In this document: one piece after another, positions 11,101-20,694 of the stretch
Position numbering within the stretch: position 1 is the first letter of the stretch
How the letters are laid out: the number at the start of each line of letters is the position of its first letter
NCBI GenBank assembly: GCA_036867785.1
Contig: CP145420.1
Span: forward strand, 744,001-808,000
DNA length: 64,000 nt
DNA from: Plasmodiophora brassicae
Lineage: Eukaryota
Reading direction: 5' to 3'
Program-made: the position numbers and the translations under genes
The notes under the pieces: generated by a model
The model's input: the letters and a program-made list of their open reading frames with translations, nothing else
The model's database searches: none
What the model was told of the DNA's origin: nothing

Positions 11101-13045
11101 ACACCACGAACCTTTGTCGTTCATCTCGGGGACATTCCGTGGTTCTCAATTGAAGTGGGCGACCATTGAGAAGGAGGCCTACGCCATCATTGAAGGCTGC
11201 TATCGCCTCAGACACTTCATCTCTATGTCAAAGCTGGCACTTCGAATCTTCACAGACCACCGTAATTTGGTTTTCATTCTGAACCCAGCCTCGGTTGCAC
11301 GAATTAGTCGGACGACCGGCGATCGCTTGGAGCGCTGGCGACTTCAGATTATCGACCTAGATTTTCACATTGAGCACATTGCTGGGGAGGACAACGTTTG
11401 GGCCGACCTCGCCACGCGGTGGGGCGTCGCCCTGCAACCACTCTCCTCATTTTCCCCTCCATCGTTCCGTTCTATTCGTCATATGGCAATTAATCTTGAC
11501 TTCGACGATTACAAGATGACCGATGAGTTTATCTGGCCGTCTGTCGACGAGATTAGTAACGCTCAGACCGACTACATTCGCCAACACGACCTATCTGCCG
11601 TTTCCGATATTCTCCAACTCGAAGGGGACATGTCTCTCCACCTTAGCCCGGAATCTGGCTGGCGTACTCCAGACAATCAACTCTGGGTACCATCACATGC
11701 ACTGCAGCTACGCATCGCAGTGATTTCACATATGGGACTGTCTGGTCATCAACCTGCTGCATCGACTATTTCGAGCATCGCACAACTCTTCTGGTGGCCT
11801 GATCTGGATTCCTTTGTTCGTGCATTTGTGGACAAATGCTTACACTGCCTACGCAACAAAGATTCGATGATTCCCCGACCTTTTGGCACGGCTATGCATG
11901 CGGACAAGCCCAATAAGGTCATCCACTATGACTTTCTGTTCTTATCCAAACCTCGTCCAGGCGATTCTCATCAACTTCGTTATGTTCTGGTTCTGAAGGA
12001 CGACGCCACGGCATTCGTCGAGTTAATTCCTTGTCAATTCGCGGATCACAGCGTTGTCGCCGAATCTCTTCTGGATTGGTTCAAACGTTTCGGCATTGTT
12101 TTCCAACATGTCTCTGACCGCGGCACACACTTCAAAAACGCGGTTATCGCCGAGCTTAATAGCCGGTTACACTGCAACCATCATTTCACAACTGCCTACA
12201 CACCTTGGGCGAACGGCACGGTTGAGGTTGTCAACAAGCGGCTTCTCTTTCTGCTGAAGTCCCTCCTCTCCGAGCTAAATCTTCCATTCCAGGATTGGCC
12301 GTATGTCCTTCCGCTGATCAACATGACGGTAAATCACACTGTTCGATCAAGTGTGGGCTACGCGCCTGTCACGATGTTTACGGGTTTGCCACCCTCGACA
12401 CCTATCTCGATTATCTTCAACAAACGCATCGACGCGGTTATCGACGTACCGTTGACCCCTGACCGTCTCAAGGAAATGACGACGGAACTTATCGATTCTC
12501 TCGAGGACATGCACAAAGCAGTGGCACGTACACGCACCCATCTACGTGATCTCAAGCAACGCGCCCGGCGTCGCCGACGCAATGTTCGCGAGATCAACTT
12601 CACGACGGGCGACTATGTTCTCGTGGCCAACCATGGCAAGCACTCCAAGTCCGAGTACAACTGGACTGGACCTGCCCAGATTATCGACACCATCAACGAC
12701 TGGGTGTATCGAGTTCGAGATCTCTTGACTGATCGTATCTCAGATGTACACGCCCAGCGCTTAATGTTCTATGCAGATGCGCACTTGAATGTCACCTCTT
12801 CCCTGAAGCACAACATCGCGCTCACCGGCGTGGCTTACCAAGTCAACGCAGTCGAGGACATTCGAGTCAACTCTACGTCAGGTGACACTGAACTACTGAT
12901 CAACTGGATCGGATTCGATGCCACCGACAATTCATGGGAACCTTACTCGGTCATGGCGGCCGATGTTCCTGATATCGTCAGGGCCTTCCTCGAACGACAA
13001 GCCGAAGGAGACCCGCTCTGCTCACGACTGTTAGCAGATTTCTAA
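8156..13045 (+). CDS. Gag-Pol polyprotein, 1629 aa (gag, Zn knuckle, protease, RT, RNase H, integrase, chromodomain)
   Basis: Knuckle CLICKEQHWVQVC; protease ADSGAT; RT DAFKGYWQ and LLWIDDIL; RNase H DAS/EKEAYAI/TDHRNL/ADL; integrase H..GH..CLHC, HYDFL, SDRGTHF, NGTVEVVN; chromodomain ELLINWIGFDATDNSWEP. Confidence 0.97.
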   Translation: MAGGGRRAPVRLQMEDDARTNSDAEAKEHESSTDDEIDRGLQSTNLHGKSPIFMPLKPPILRTLSLTAKDGINDFLKKYRKHVEIVNERRLIYKEDIHPPTVKSCITEDVLRGMSKYRLRQPASTITDGDIMSYLRSVQRREADVESSTDIKTLLTKTVVMNLSIKSIEERVTSFFAKFDELIDDYGLQDTYAKGTKGTKRKIKVLRGGIRPTDLAVLVERAIEFGGCRDAEKDELKFFDLVDRLAKEQDKHFRLQAEKKKSPAQTMSPPAGKKGKDVVAPNRNGGKHPTNPIGLKTAQSSTSQTKDESRDIPEHIRKRFEGKDPPKAGCLICKEQHWVQVCPKATQGERKAAIEKFQKERKEKEESKGNADTAKRMGPPSPSTPSPMRLRFQNSLDLPFEADSGATKTVISQSQLLRIQAIQHVPVKVFDHPTEAKLATIGATTTIVATAIVDITIVPPSHGKPAHLRGREINVCREDLSDDIVLLGAPELDALGINPATQLKEMLIEANGPIIIEADPTPERHAPGGQGITMRAVRHPEVSGTTRDHEPQLDTNDPGDDYDVEIGEHSDTDVDRAIDRMIQRATDSGFPNDQVPRLRTTVNRHKDIWRTKLGRDPPAKVSPLKLHFKADARPVRCRTRRYTLEHQKFMDDHVGTLAENDFVYRNPHSRYASPCLVVDKKDTEVRGHRLTVDINEAVNKQTERIAWPMPHIDIILTYLRSATIFMLFDAFKGYWQFPLHPDSQEACSFMTHIATFTPRRIIQGIADCVFAFQAGMQQVLGKLLYICALLWIDDILGYVSGFGAYMDTLESLLNAFDEFGVKLNPDRCQLYLTSVTWCGRVISADGVSFDRSYLNALHDLSTPITAADLQQFLSGLNWVRSVIPQFAAHVHPLQDLLLSASRSVSSLKKSHLRRVRLADIGWTTDHLTSFNSLKHRLSEAMTLAHPKDEWIMCLFPDASDRFWSVFLSQIPPEDIDLPYGEQHHEPLSFISGTFRGSQLKWATIEKEAYAIIEGCYRLRHFISMSKLALRIFTDHRNLVFILNPASVARISRTTGDRLERWRLQIIDLDFHIEHIAGEDNVWADLATRWGVALQPLSSFSPPSFRSIRHMAINLDFDDYKMTDEFIWPSVDEISNAQTDYIRQHDLSAVSDILQLEGDMSLHLSPESGWRTPDNQLWVPSHALQLRIAVISHMGLSGHQPAASTISSIAQLFWWPDLDSFVRAFVDKCLHCLRNKDSMIPRPFGTAMHADKPNKVIHYDFLFLSKPRPGDSHQLRYVLVLKDDATAFVELIPCQFADHSVVAESLLDWFKRFGIVFQHVSDRGTHFKNAVIAELNSRLHCNHHFTTAYTPWANGTVEVVNKRLLFLLKSLLSELNLPFQDWPYVLPLINMTVNHTVRSSVGYAPVTMFTGLPPSTPISIIFNKRIDAVIDVPLTPDRLKEMTTELIDSLEDMHKAVARTRTHLRDLKQRARRRRRNVREINFTTGDYVLVANHGKHSKSEYNWTGPAQIIDTINDWVYRVRDLLTDRISDVHAQRLMFYADAHLNVTSSLKHNIALTGVAYQVNAVEDIRVNSTSGDTELLINWIGFDATDNSWEPYSVMAADVPDIVRAFLERQAEGDPLCSRLLADF

Positions 13046-13054
13046 CACGGGGAG

Positions 13055-13251
13055 TGTTCATCCAGAGTACCAGTACTCAGATGATGCTGCTCAGATGCTG
13101 CTGCCACCCGGTCACATGATCATGACCGTACTCGACCCCGCAGCGGCCCTTGCTGTGACGATCCTGTCCAAATACATCAGTTCGTTATATCACCAGGCGC
13201 CGACTCTTGCGACCGACCGCCCCCGTAGTGGGCAGCGGCGGCGTTAGCACA
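13055..13251 (+). repeat. 3' LTR (197 bp)
   Basis: Direct repeat of 7916-8112. Confidence 0.97.
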
Positions 13252-13332
13252 GGCTAGGAAAGGCGTTAGCTCCGGGTTTCTCGCGTGCGACAAGTGCATA
13301 CGCTATGCCAAGCGGAAAGTGGTCGCCAAAGC

Positions 13333-14383
13333 TCACGAATTATCCGATGCCGATGCCCGAGCCGAGGTGACGGAGGCGAAGTCGCGTTCATATCGGCCGA
13401 GTTCCGCTGTGGTTGACGCGATAGACACGCCGCAAAGGGTGATAACGAACGAAACCTCAACAATGTCGCCGTTCAAGATCAGTCCGCTCATTAGAGTGCA
13501 TATTACGTTCCTGTTATTTAGGTCAAACCCATGCACAGGACAACAGCGAGCCACTCTCTCAGTCCCTGCAGTAGTCAACGGTCGCCAATCGCGGTATATA
13601 CGTACTTGACCTGTGCAGCATAGATGTTCGTACAACGTACAATCGTATTCAGCATGGACGTATCCAGGAACTGCCCAAAGATCAAGTGGACGGCGTCGTG
13701 CTCACTTAGTGTGTCCACGCCTTCGAACTTCGTGCGGGGCGGACCCGTACGTGGCACGGCTCAGAAACTCTGGAATATCTAGCAGGAACGTTCCGTCCTA
13801 GATACTCTCTGGATGTTCGATATTCCACCCGTATACGTTCATCTACAAGGTCGCCAGCTAGCGCCAGTATCGCAGAGACCAACGTGTACGCGAATACGAT
13901 GCCCATGACCGTCCAATTGAACAACGCCAGATCCATCGTTATCATCGGCGCCGTCATCATCGGAAGCGTCAACCTCGACTGGCTGGGCCTCGTACGGATC
14001 TGGATTGGATTCTGAGCCGTCAGAGTCGGTTTCTGGCGCAAAGACGTGAAGCACTTCGCCTCTATCGACTTGGTCCACTCCGATGTCGTCGTCAGCATGA
14101 CCCTCACCGACATCTTGGGCGTTATCTGCGACATCAAGGACCAGTGAGCAAATCTGTCGCGACTTGAACATTGCCTATTACCTCCTAGAGGTGTACGGTT
14201 AGGAGCTGGAGCTGCTGGTGCGCTGCCACTGCCTGCCAGAGATGGATCTCCCGCAGGACCTCCGCCTGACCCCTTCCGCGACGAACATGTCATGCGATTG
14301 TGACCGAGCGCCTTGCAATACGAGCACTTGTACTGTCGTCTGGGTATGCCAGCATCCCCTCCGACATCTGCTGCGCCGGCCAT
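13333..14383 (-). pseudogene. piggyBac transposase N-terminal remnant with an N-terminal CCHC knuckle and an acidic region
   Basis: YKCSYCKALGHNRMTC; acidic DSDGSESNPD stretch; IFGQFLDTSMLNTIVRCTNIYAAQ and DWRPLT, the start of DDE_Tnp_1_7-like domains. Frameshifted; catalytic core absent. Confidence 0.7.
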
Positions 14384-15229
14384 TGTGCTTTGACCTACAG
14401 TACGCTCAGAATTTGGCGGGACTGCTTTTGACCAGTCCTAGACACGATCGTGACTAACTTTCAATGTCCGATAACTTTTCATGGAATTTTGATAGGAAGT
14501 TATAATTTCGTTTATTTGGAGAAATGCATGGTCGGGTCGCCCAGTAAAATTTTCAGATGCGAATAACCTCACCAGTCTGCGCAATGAATGTCAGAAAATC
14601 GAAATCCCGAATTTGCGACGCAATTGTGTCGCAAAAACGGTAAAGGGTTAACCCCAAACTCCGTGGATTATGTCATATAATATGACATGCATGTTTGGCA
14701 GGACGTAGCGAAAAATGAGGACCTTGGAGGCGAATGGTAGCTTCCATCCTGGATAGTCCATGCCAGCCTCCACCTCGCCCCGAAGGTTCGGACTCCTGTC
14801 GACGTTGTGTTTCGTTCCAGTGCTCTCACGAAATCAGGCTCTCCCATGCTTCTATTTTGGGTGCATATGACATAGTATGTCATGCAAAGGCAGCATGACA
14901 TAGTATGTCATGCAACACACTTTTGCCTGTATTGATACTCTGGTGCATTCTCAAGAAGATCAAAGGGGATGCGATCATCGACTGGACTGCGAGCGTGTCA
15001 CTGGTCCACGCGAGCGGCGTCCGGAGCGATTGCTTGCCGGGTTTTCCGAGGGTAACATGGCCACATCGTGTCGTGGGCGTCCGCCGATGGACTGCACTGT
15101 AGGTCCTCCACTTGCAAGCAGTAATGCGTCCAAACCACCTTCAGGAGAGGACGGCGATCGTTCGTCAGAACGCCCAAGTCGAATACACGTTCCCCGGTCC
15201 GACTGTCAGGGCGGAACTGGACAGACAGG

Positions 15230-18200
15230 TTGACATCACCGGGATCATGGAATCTGTCGAAGCATGATAACGTATTTGAACCGAATCTCGTCTTGCATAA
15301 CGGCACTTGGCAAATGCTGCACCACACCGTCGTGCTGCATTGTCGACATGTCCCATTCGGTTCCCGATATTGACGTCCCAGTAAACATCCCCCTTATTGC
15401 CAGAGCGCTGGACAACGTATGCCCTGTCTGAAACGGAGCGCGCGACCGTCCTCAGTCAGGAAGAACAACCGACGATTCCGCTTAGGTGGCTGGAGGAGCG
15501 GCACTGGATTGTCAGCTGCCTCTGCTGCACGCTGCAATTCAGAAGGCACTCAGGCAGGCCAGCCGAAGAAAATATTTGAAGGACCCTCATCGTTCAACAA
15601 ATGTTTCCATTTGTCGAAACTGGACACATCGGCAATACGGGATTGCAGCTGCTGCAGACGCCACAGCTCGTGCGCATTTAGCATGCACACGAAACAAAGC
15701 CGTTGCCAATTTAACGTCTTGGGACGGTCGCCGGAAATCGACCTGGTGCCACTGTTCAGTAATGGATCTCATACATCGCGGTATTTGCATACCTTAACAT
15801 TGTTCATCTCTCTCTCTCTCGAGACAACGTCCTGGCCGCCTTTCACATGATTTCAGAACCAGACAGCGGCTGGGACGATTTCGTGGGCAGGAGGTGGCAC
15901 TGGAAAAATAGAAGTGCCGAATTGGTGCCCGGACGTTCCCCGAGTGCCGATTGAAGTGCCGATTCCAGGGGCCAACAATAGGCAAGTGCCGATGAGGAGC
16001 CGGTGCGACACCTGGAGTGCCGAAATGGTGCCATCTGGTCCATCGTGCCAAAAATTGGGATGCCAGGATGATGGGCTTTTTTGCGAGCAGCCGGCGACTG
16101 CACGGTGCCACCTGAGCTGAGTCAGCTGACACGTCTTTTGAGGTGCCGGCTCGGTAATTCTCACCAACGCACCTTTCTTTTCCGTCCCGACGGTGCCTCT
16201 CCACCACACATTGCCGAATGCGGGCCCGTCGCTGCACCTCCACCACACACTAACGGGAAGGCGCGCGATCCGGATTCCGATCCGGGCTTCGACATCGACG
16301 ACGAATTGGCACCCGCGTCCTCATTCTTCAAATGGATTCGTCGGCAGACGCATCCGTATCGTTGCAGGCATGACCGTGTACGAACGGTTTGCACGATAAG
16401 ACCTGCAATGTACCTGGTTTGTCGTGTCTACTCCAGGTATTGCTCCTGTATGCGTGTGTGTATCCGAAATCAAGGACGCTCACTACCCTCGTGTATTAGT
16501 GTCTACACGTCTGAGCAGCTGGAGCGGAACTGTCCCGTTAAGAACGCCGTCCTGCTCCAGAGGATCCCGTCGGAGTGGCCGTGCAATTGATCTTGCCCGC
16601 CGATGATGGCTGACACTCGCCAGCGTATGTGATTTGGTGTTCCGCTTTATAATTATCTGATAATTTGTCCAAGTCAACATACATTATAGATTGGCACTTC
16701 ACCGGAAGATGATCAGGCTCGTCACCGGAACTCGTCGGCTGCAGCTGATGAGCGTTCGCAGTGCAAGGCCGTATTCAAAATCTTTCACGTACGTCGAGCA
16801 TTTCTGTCTCTGGGGTTTAGTCGCTAACGGTCTTTATGATGCGCAGTACAAGACGGTCATGTGATCGCGTTTGCTGGCGGAGATTCCAAACGAGTTTGTC
16901 CGGACGACGAACTAGGTGCCCGTCTTCGCCATAGGTCGCTTCGGGACGCGGTACGTATTCGATGGTTATGACGTCGCCATTATTTATAATGCGTTTGGCT
17001 GCAGGCCCAGCATCAAGGGGTGCCTTCGCATCCAGCTGGCCACAATGGTACGCAACGGCAACGTTAACATCATGTGTTCCCTCATTGTGTTATGTATGAA
17101 TTTAGGCGGCGTTGCGGCCAGGCGCGTTGAAAGGTATGGCCGTTGTTGTTGGCATCCAGTTGCATCATCTGATCAGGGATGCAGGTTATAGAACACGATG
17201 ATGTACGAGGGTGGCGGACATGCAACGTACAAAACTTGTTCCACTTGCCGATCGATCCTGACGGCGCGTTGACGTCGCGGTCAATGGCGGGTCGCGGATC
17301 GGCGCCCATCAAGGAACAGTTACAATAAACCATTCGTTGAAATACCAAATACGATAGTGTCTCAATAACTGGGGTACCATTCCATTCTATTACTACACCG
17401 GTAGGGAGAGCAAAAATCGTATGACGTTTTTTGGAAGGACGTCCGTTGCGAGGATTTTTGGAAAATCGGGGCCCGAAATTGGCACCAAATTGGCACTACC
17501 AAGTGCCAATTTGGTGTCGTCAAGTGCCAATAAAGGGCCGACGGGCTAATCCACGGGATGGCACTAATTTGGCACTTCTATTTTTCCAGTGTGGGCTTCG
17601 GCATTGAAGAAGCGCTTGCTTCATTTGTCGCCAGAACTTAACAATGTGGTGATCAACCGCGTGTTCCAGAGTGGGTACGGGTAAAGCGTCGATCTGCGCA
17701 GGTCCAGCATGTTTGTCCCCGATGCGCTGACAAGCAAGCAAGTAATGTTCACGTGTTCACGCAAAACGCCAGGAACGGTTACCAAGACAGCACACAGCAC
17801 TGAAGTGCTCGATGTACATCCCACCATGCTTGTTTCTCGACGGCAAACGCCAGTGGATACGAATCCGACCACTCAGGGTCGAAGGTATCAGTCGGCGTCG
17901 TCGCGTAGAGGCTCATCGCCCATATCGCATCGGGATTCAAGCGCGACAAATGGGCGGCAGCCCGTTGGCTGTTAACAGCCGTCGACAGATGCGAAAACAA
18001 TGGCCTGCAAGGATGTCAGAAGGCAACGCACCGGAACATCAAAGAAACAAGAGTACTGTAGACACAGGTTGCTAACATCCGACACCATGATGCGACTGGT
18101 CGCGGACGTCTTGTTCAACGACTATTTTGATGTCGTCGCAAACAATAGGTACGACGAGCCTCGCATTTGCAAGAAGCCATGCATCGACACTGTAAACTTG

Positions 18201-18420
18201 CTTCGCTCGAGAAGTGTTCATAGGCCCTGTTATCATATATCATGTAGACCGGACCGCCCAACTCGGCCACGAGAGCAGCTGCTCTCGTAGTCATACCGGA
18301 AAACCTACGTACATTGTTTGCCCATCATCGTTGACCTCGTCGTCGGGTTGAGACCACTGTGCTCGGACATGATCATCGTCATATGCAGCCCGCAGCATGC
18401 GGACAGCCGCCTCCCACACT
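15230..18420 (-). pseudogene. Divergent piggyBac-like transposase, decayed and interrupted at 15898-17591
   Basis: Candidate catalytic-Asp motifs AYDDDH (about 18370), IYDNRAY (about 18230) and NHVKGGQDVVSR (about 15830). C-terminal Cys domain WCSICQVPLCK...CFDRFH. Internal stops and frameshifts. Confidence 0.7.
15898..17591 (+). mobile_element. Non-autonomous CACTA (En/Spm/CMC) element with CACTG termini
   Basis: TIR CACTGGAAAAATAGAAGTGCC at both ends; 3 bp TSD TGG (15895-15897, 17592-17594); subterminal AGTGCC(G/A)A repeats; homologous to both ends of 19145-24579. Confidence 0.95.
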
Positions 18421-18657
18421 TTGCGGTCTTCCTCCATGGAACCCACTCGGTTTCAAATCGGACGAAAGTCCGCAGGTAACGCCGCACGGCGGACTACGCC
18501 ATTCGAACCGATTCAGACAGCATAGTTGTCAGTCTAGCCGTTGCAACAGGCCACCGGAAATCACCCCCATACATGACATACTATGTCATACAACGGAAAA
18601 GCTATTTCTGACACCCGAGCCCTGCATGACATAGTATGTCATCCACGGAGTTTGGGG

Positions 18658-19140
18658 TTAAAGATCTTGACTTTGCGCCATGGCGTTGCCGCGTCCAGAG
18701 TGTACTTAAAGTACAGCTCGCCGGGATGGTACACGCCATCTGTAGTTCCCAGAGTACTAATCCACTGGCATTCCGAGATGTTGAACTTAACGCCACGCTC
18801 TCCAAGAATGGTCCGGCCGACAACCGAATAAATCGACTCGGCAAACGATTTCCAGTCGAGCATGCCGTCGAACGTCGCCGTGTTGACGCCCGGCTTGTAT
18901 CCCATTGTCGTTGCAACATGTTCGGTCGCCTTCTCACCTCGCTCCAATGCCAGCGCGTCCTGCCGCGGCCGCCTGCGGTCGTGCGACATGCGCCCAGCGG
19001 TTGATCCAAACCGGGACGCACACGTCCCGACGCCACGCAAGCGGCAGCGCCGCCCGGAACTGCACAAGAAGAACACCAAATGCCTGATCATCAAGCCGAC
19101 AGCACTGGTTCTCGGCAGATGTCGCCGGACTGTACAGCAC
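18658..19140 (-). pseudogene. Sola-like/DUF7869-type transposase remnant (upstream part of 7311-7531)
   Basis: MLDWKSFAESIY...HPGELYFKYTLDAATPWRKVKIF; frameshifted further upstream. Confidence 0.5.
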
Positions 19141-19974
19141 GACCCACTGGAAAAATATCAGTGCCGAATTAGTGCCGTCCCCTTCATTACCCAATCGGCA
19201 CCTTTTCGGCGTTTAGCGGCACCAATTCGGCACTAGGTAGTGCCGATTAAGTGCCGTTTTCGGGACCGGATTTCCCAAAAAATGCGCTCCACGGGCATTC
19301 TCCAAAAATCTCGATTGAATTTTTCCTCCGTCCAGTAATAGAATAGAATGGTACCCCAGATTCTGAGACACTATCGTATTTGGTATTGCCGTTAACAATA
19401 GAATAGAATAAGATTAACGAATGGTTTATTGAACGGTAGCTGTTTCTTGATGGGCGCCGATCCGCCGTTAACCACGACGCCAATATGCCTTCCGGATCGC
19501 CTAAGTGGCAGAGCTTCATTGTCCGCCACCCACGAACATCCTCAGGGCCTAAAACCTGCATGTCAACTGGATGTGAACAACAACGGTTGTACCCTCCACC
19601 GCCCCTGCCCGCAAGGCCGCCTATATTCATACATAACGCAATGAGGGCACATGATGTTAAACGCTGTCGTTGCGTACCATTGGGGCCAGCCGGATGCGAA
19701 GGCACTTGATACTGGGACTGCATCCGAACGCATTGTAAGTAATGGAGTCGCCAGAACCGTCGAATACGTACCGCGTCCCGCAGCGCCGCCTTGATCGCGC
19801 CCGAGAATAAAGAATAAAATGAGGTGCTGGCGAAGACGGGTTCCTCCGCCGCTTGGATGTACTCGTTCCTCAACTGGAATAGGAACTGGAATAGGTTATC
19901 GTTCCGTACTGCACATCAAGCTGACTGTTATCAAATCAAACGCCGGAGGCAGACGTGGTCGAGTACGTGAGAGG

Positions 19975-20610
19975 TCACGGAAGATGGCATTGCGCGCCGG
20001 ACTCGCAGGAGATGAGGTCCTGCGACGAACCTGCCCCGTCCTTCTGTGTAGCGCCCTCCTGTACTGCTTGATGACTTCGGCAAATTAGAAACGCATATAA
20101 AGTGGAATTCCAAACAATCGACATACGCTGGCGGGTGTCTTCCATGGTCCACTCTTGAGCGGGCAAGCCCAGCTGTACCGCCGCCTCCGCCAGGATTCTC
20201 TGATGCAGGACGGCGTTCTTTGTGGGACAGTTCCGCTCCCGATGGCCTGACGTGTACACACTGATAAACGAGAGCAATTAACGTCCTTGACTTCGGACAC
20301 ACACAAACGAATACCTGGCATACAGACCAGGAAACCAAGCGCACAGAACCTTGCGCTCCGGCGTCAGGGCCCGGTGAGGTCCTTGCGCTGCGAACCGTTC
20401 GTATACCGATGCGTCTGCTGCCGATGGCATTTGAAGAATGAGGATGCGGGTGCCAAGTCGTCGTCGGTGTCGGGGCCCGGATCGGAATTTGGATCGCGCG
20501 CCACCTTGTCAGTGAGTGGTGGTGGAGGAACAGCGTCGGGCCCCATTCGACAATCGTGTGGTGGAGAGGGCCCCTCGGGACGGAAGAAAACGGTGCCCTG
20601 GTGGGGAACT
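19975..20610 (-). CDS. Second CACTA ORF region (possible TnpA-like accessory gene, spliced; boundaries uncertain)
   Basis: Peptides DPNSDPGPDTDDDLAPASSFFK and RNCPTKNAVLHQRI are conserved with the 16160-16600 copy in the short element. Confidence 0.4.
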
Positions 20611-20694
20611 ACCGAGCCGGCGGGCGGCGCTGCGAAAGGGGCGCCCGCTCAGGCGCTACGGTTGTGAAGGTTAGACGCGCCGTGCAGAATGTTT

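Larger units (their letters stand above)
7916..13251 (+). mobile_element. Full-length chromoviral Ty3/gypsy LTR retrotransposon
   Basis: Two 197 bp TG...CA LTRs; 5 bp TSD GGCTA (7911-7915, 13252-13256); short purine tract GGGGAG before the 3' LTR; single intact gag-pol ORF. Confidence 0.98.
7532..14647 (-). mobile_element. piggyBac-like element A (degenerate), hosting the gypsy insertion
   Basis: TTAA at 7528-7531 and 14648-14651; termini CCCTTTA...TAAAGGG. Shared subterminal quasi-palindrome CGACGCAAT(C/T)GTGTCGC at 7554 and 14616, variant at 7721. Internal piggyBac transposase remnant. Confidence 0.8.
14652..18657 (-). mobile_element. piggyBac-like element B (degenerate), hosting a CACTA insertion
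   Basis: Perfect 17 bp TIR CCCCAAACTCCGTGGAT; TTAA at 14648-14651 and 18658-18661. Subterminal palindromes ATGACATA(G/C)TATGTCAT near 14867, 14895, 18573 and 18626. Confidence 0.92.

Noticed and set aside
16160-20610. Large inverted repeat suggesting a foldback or giant-TIR element
   Set aside because: Explained by two CACTA family members in opposite orientation, each with its own TIRs and TSD.
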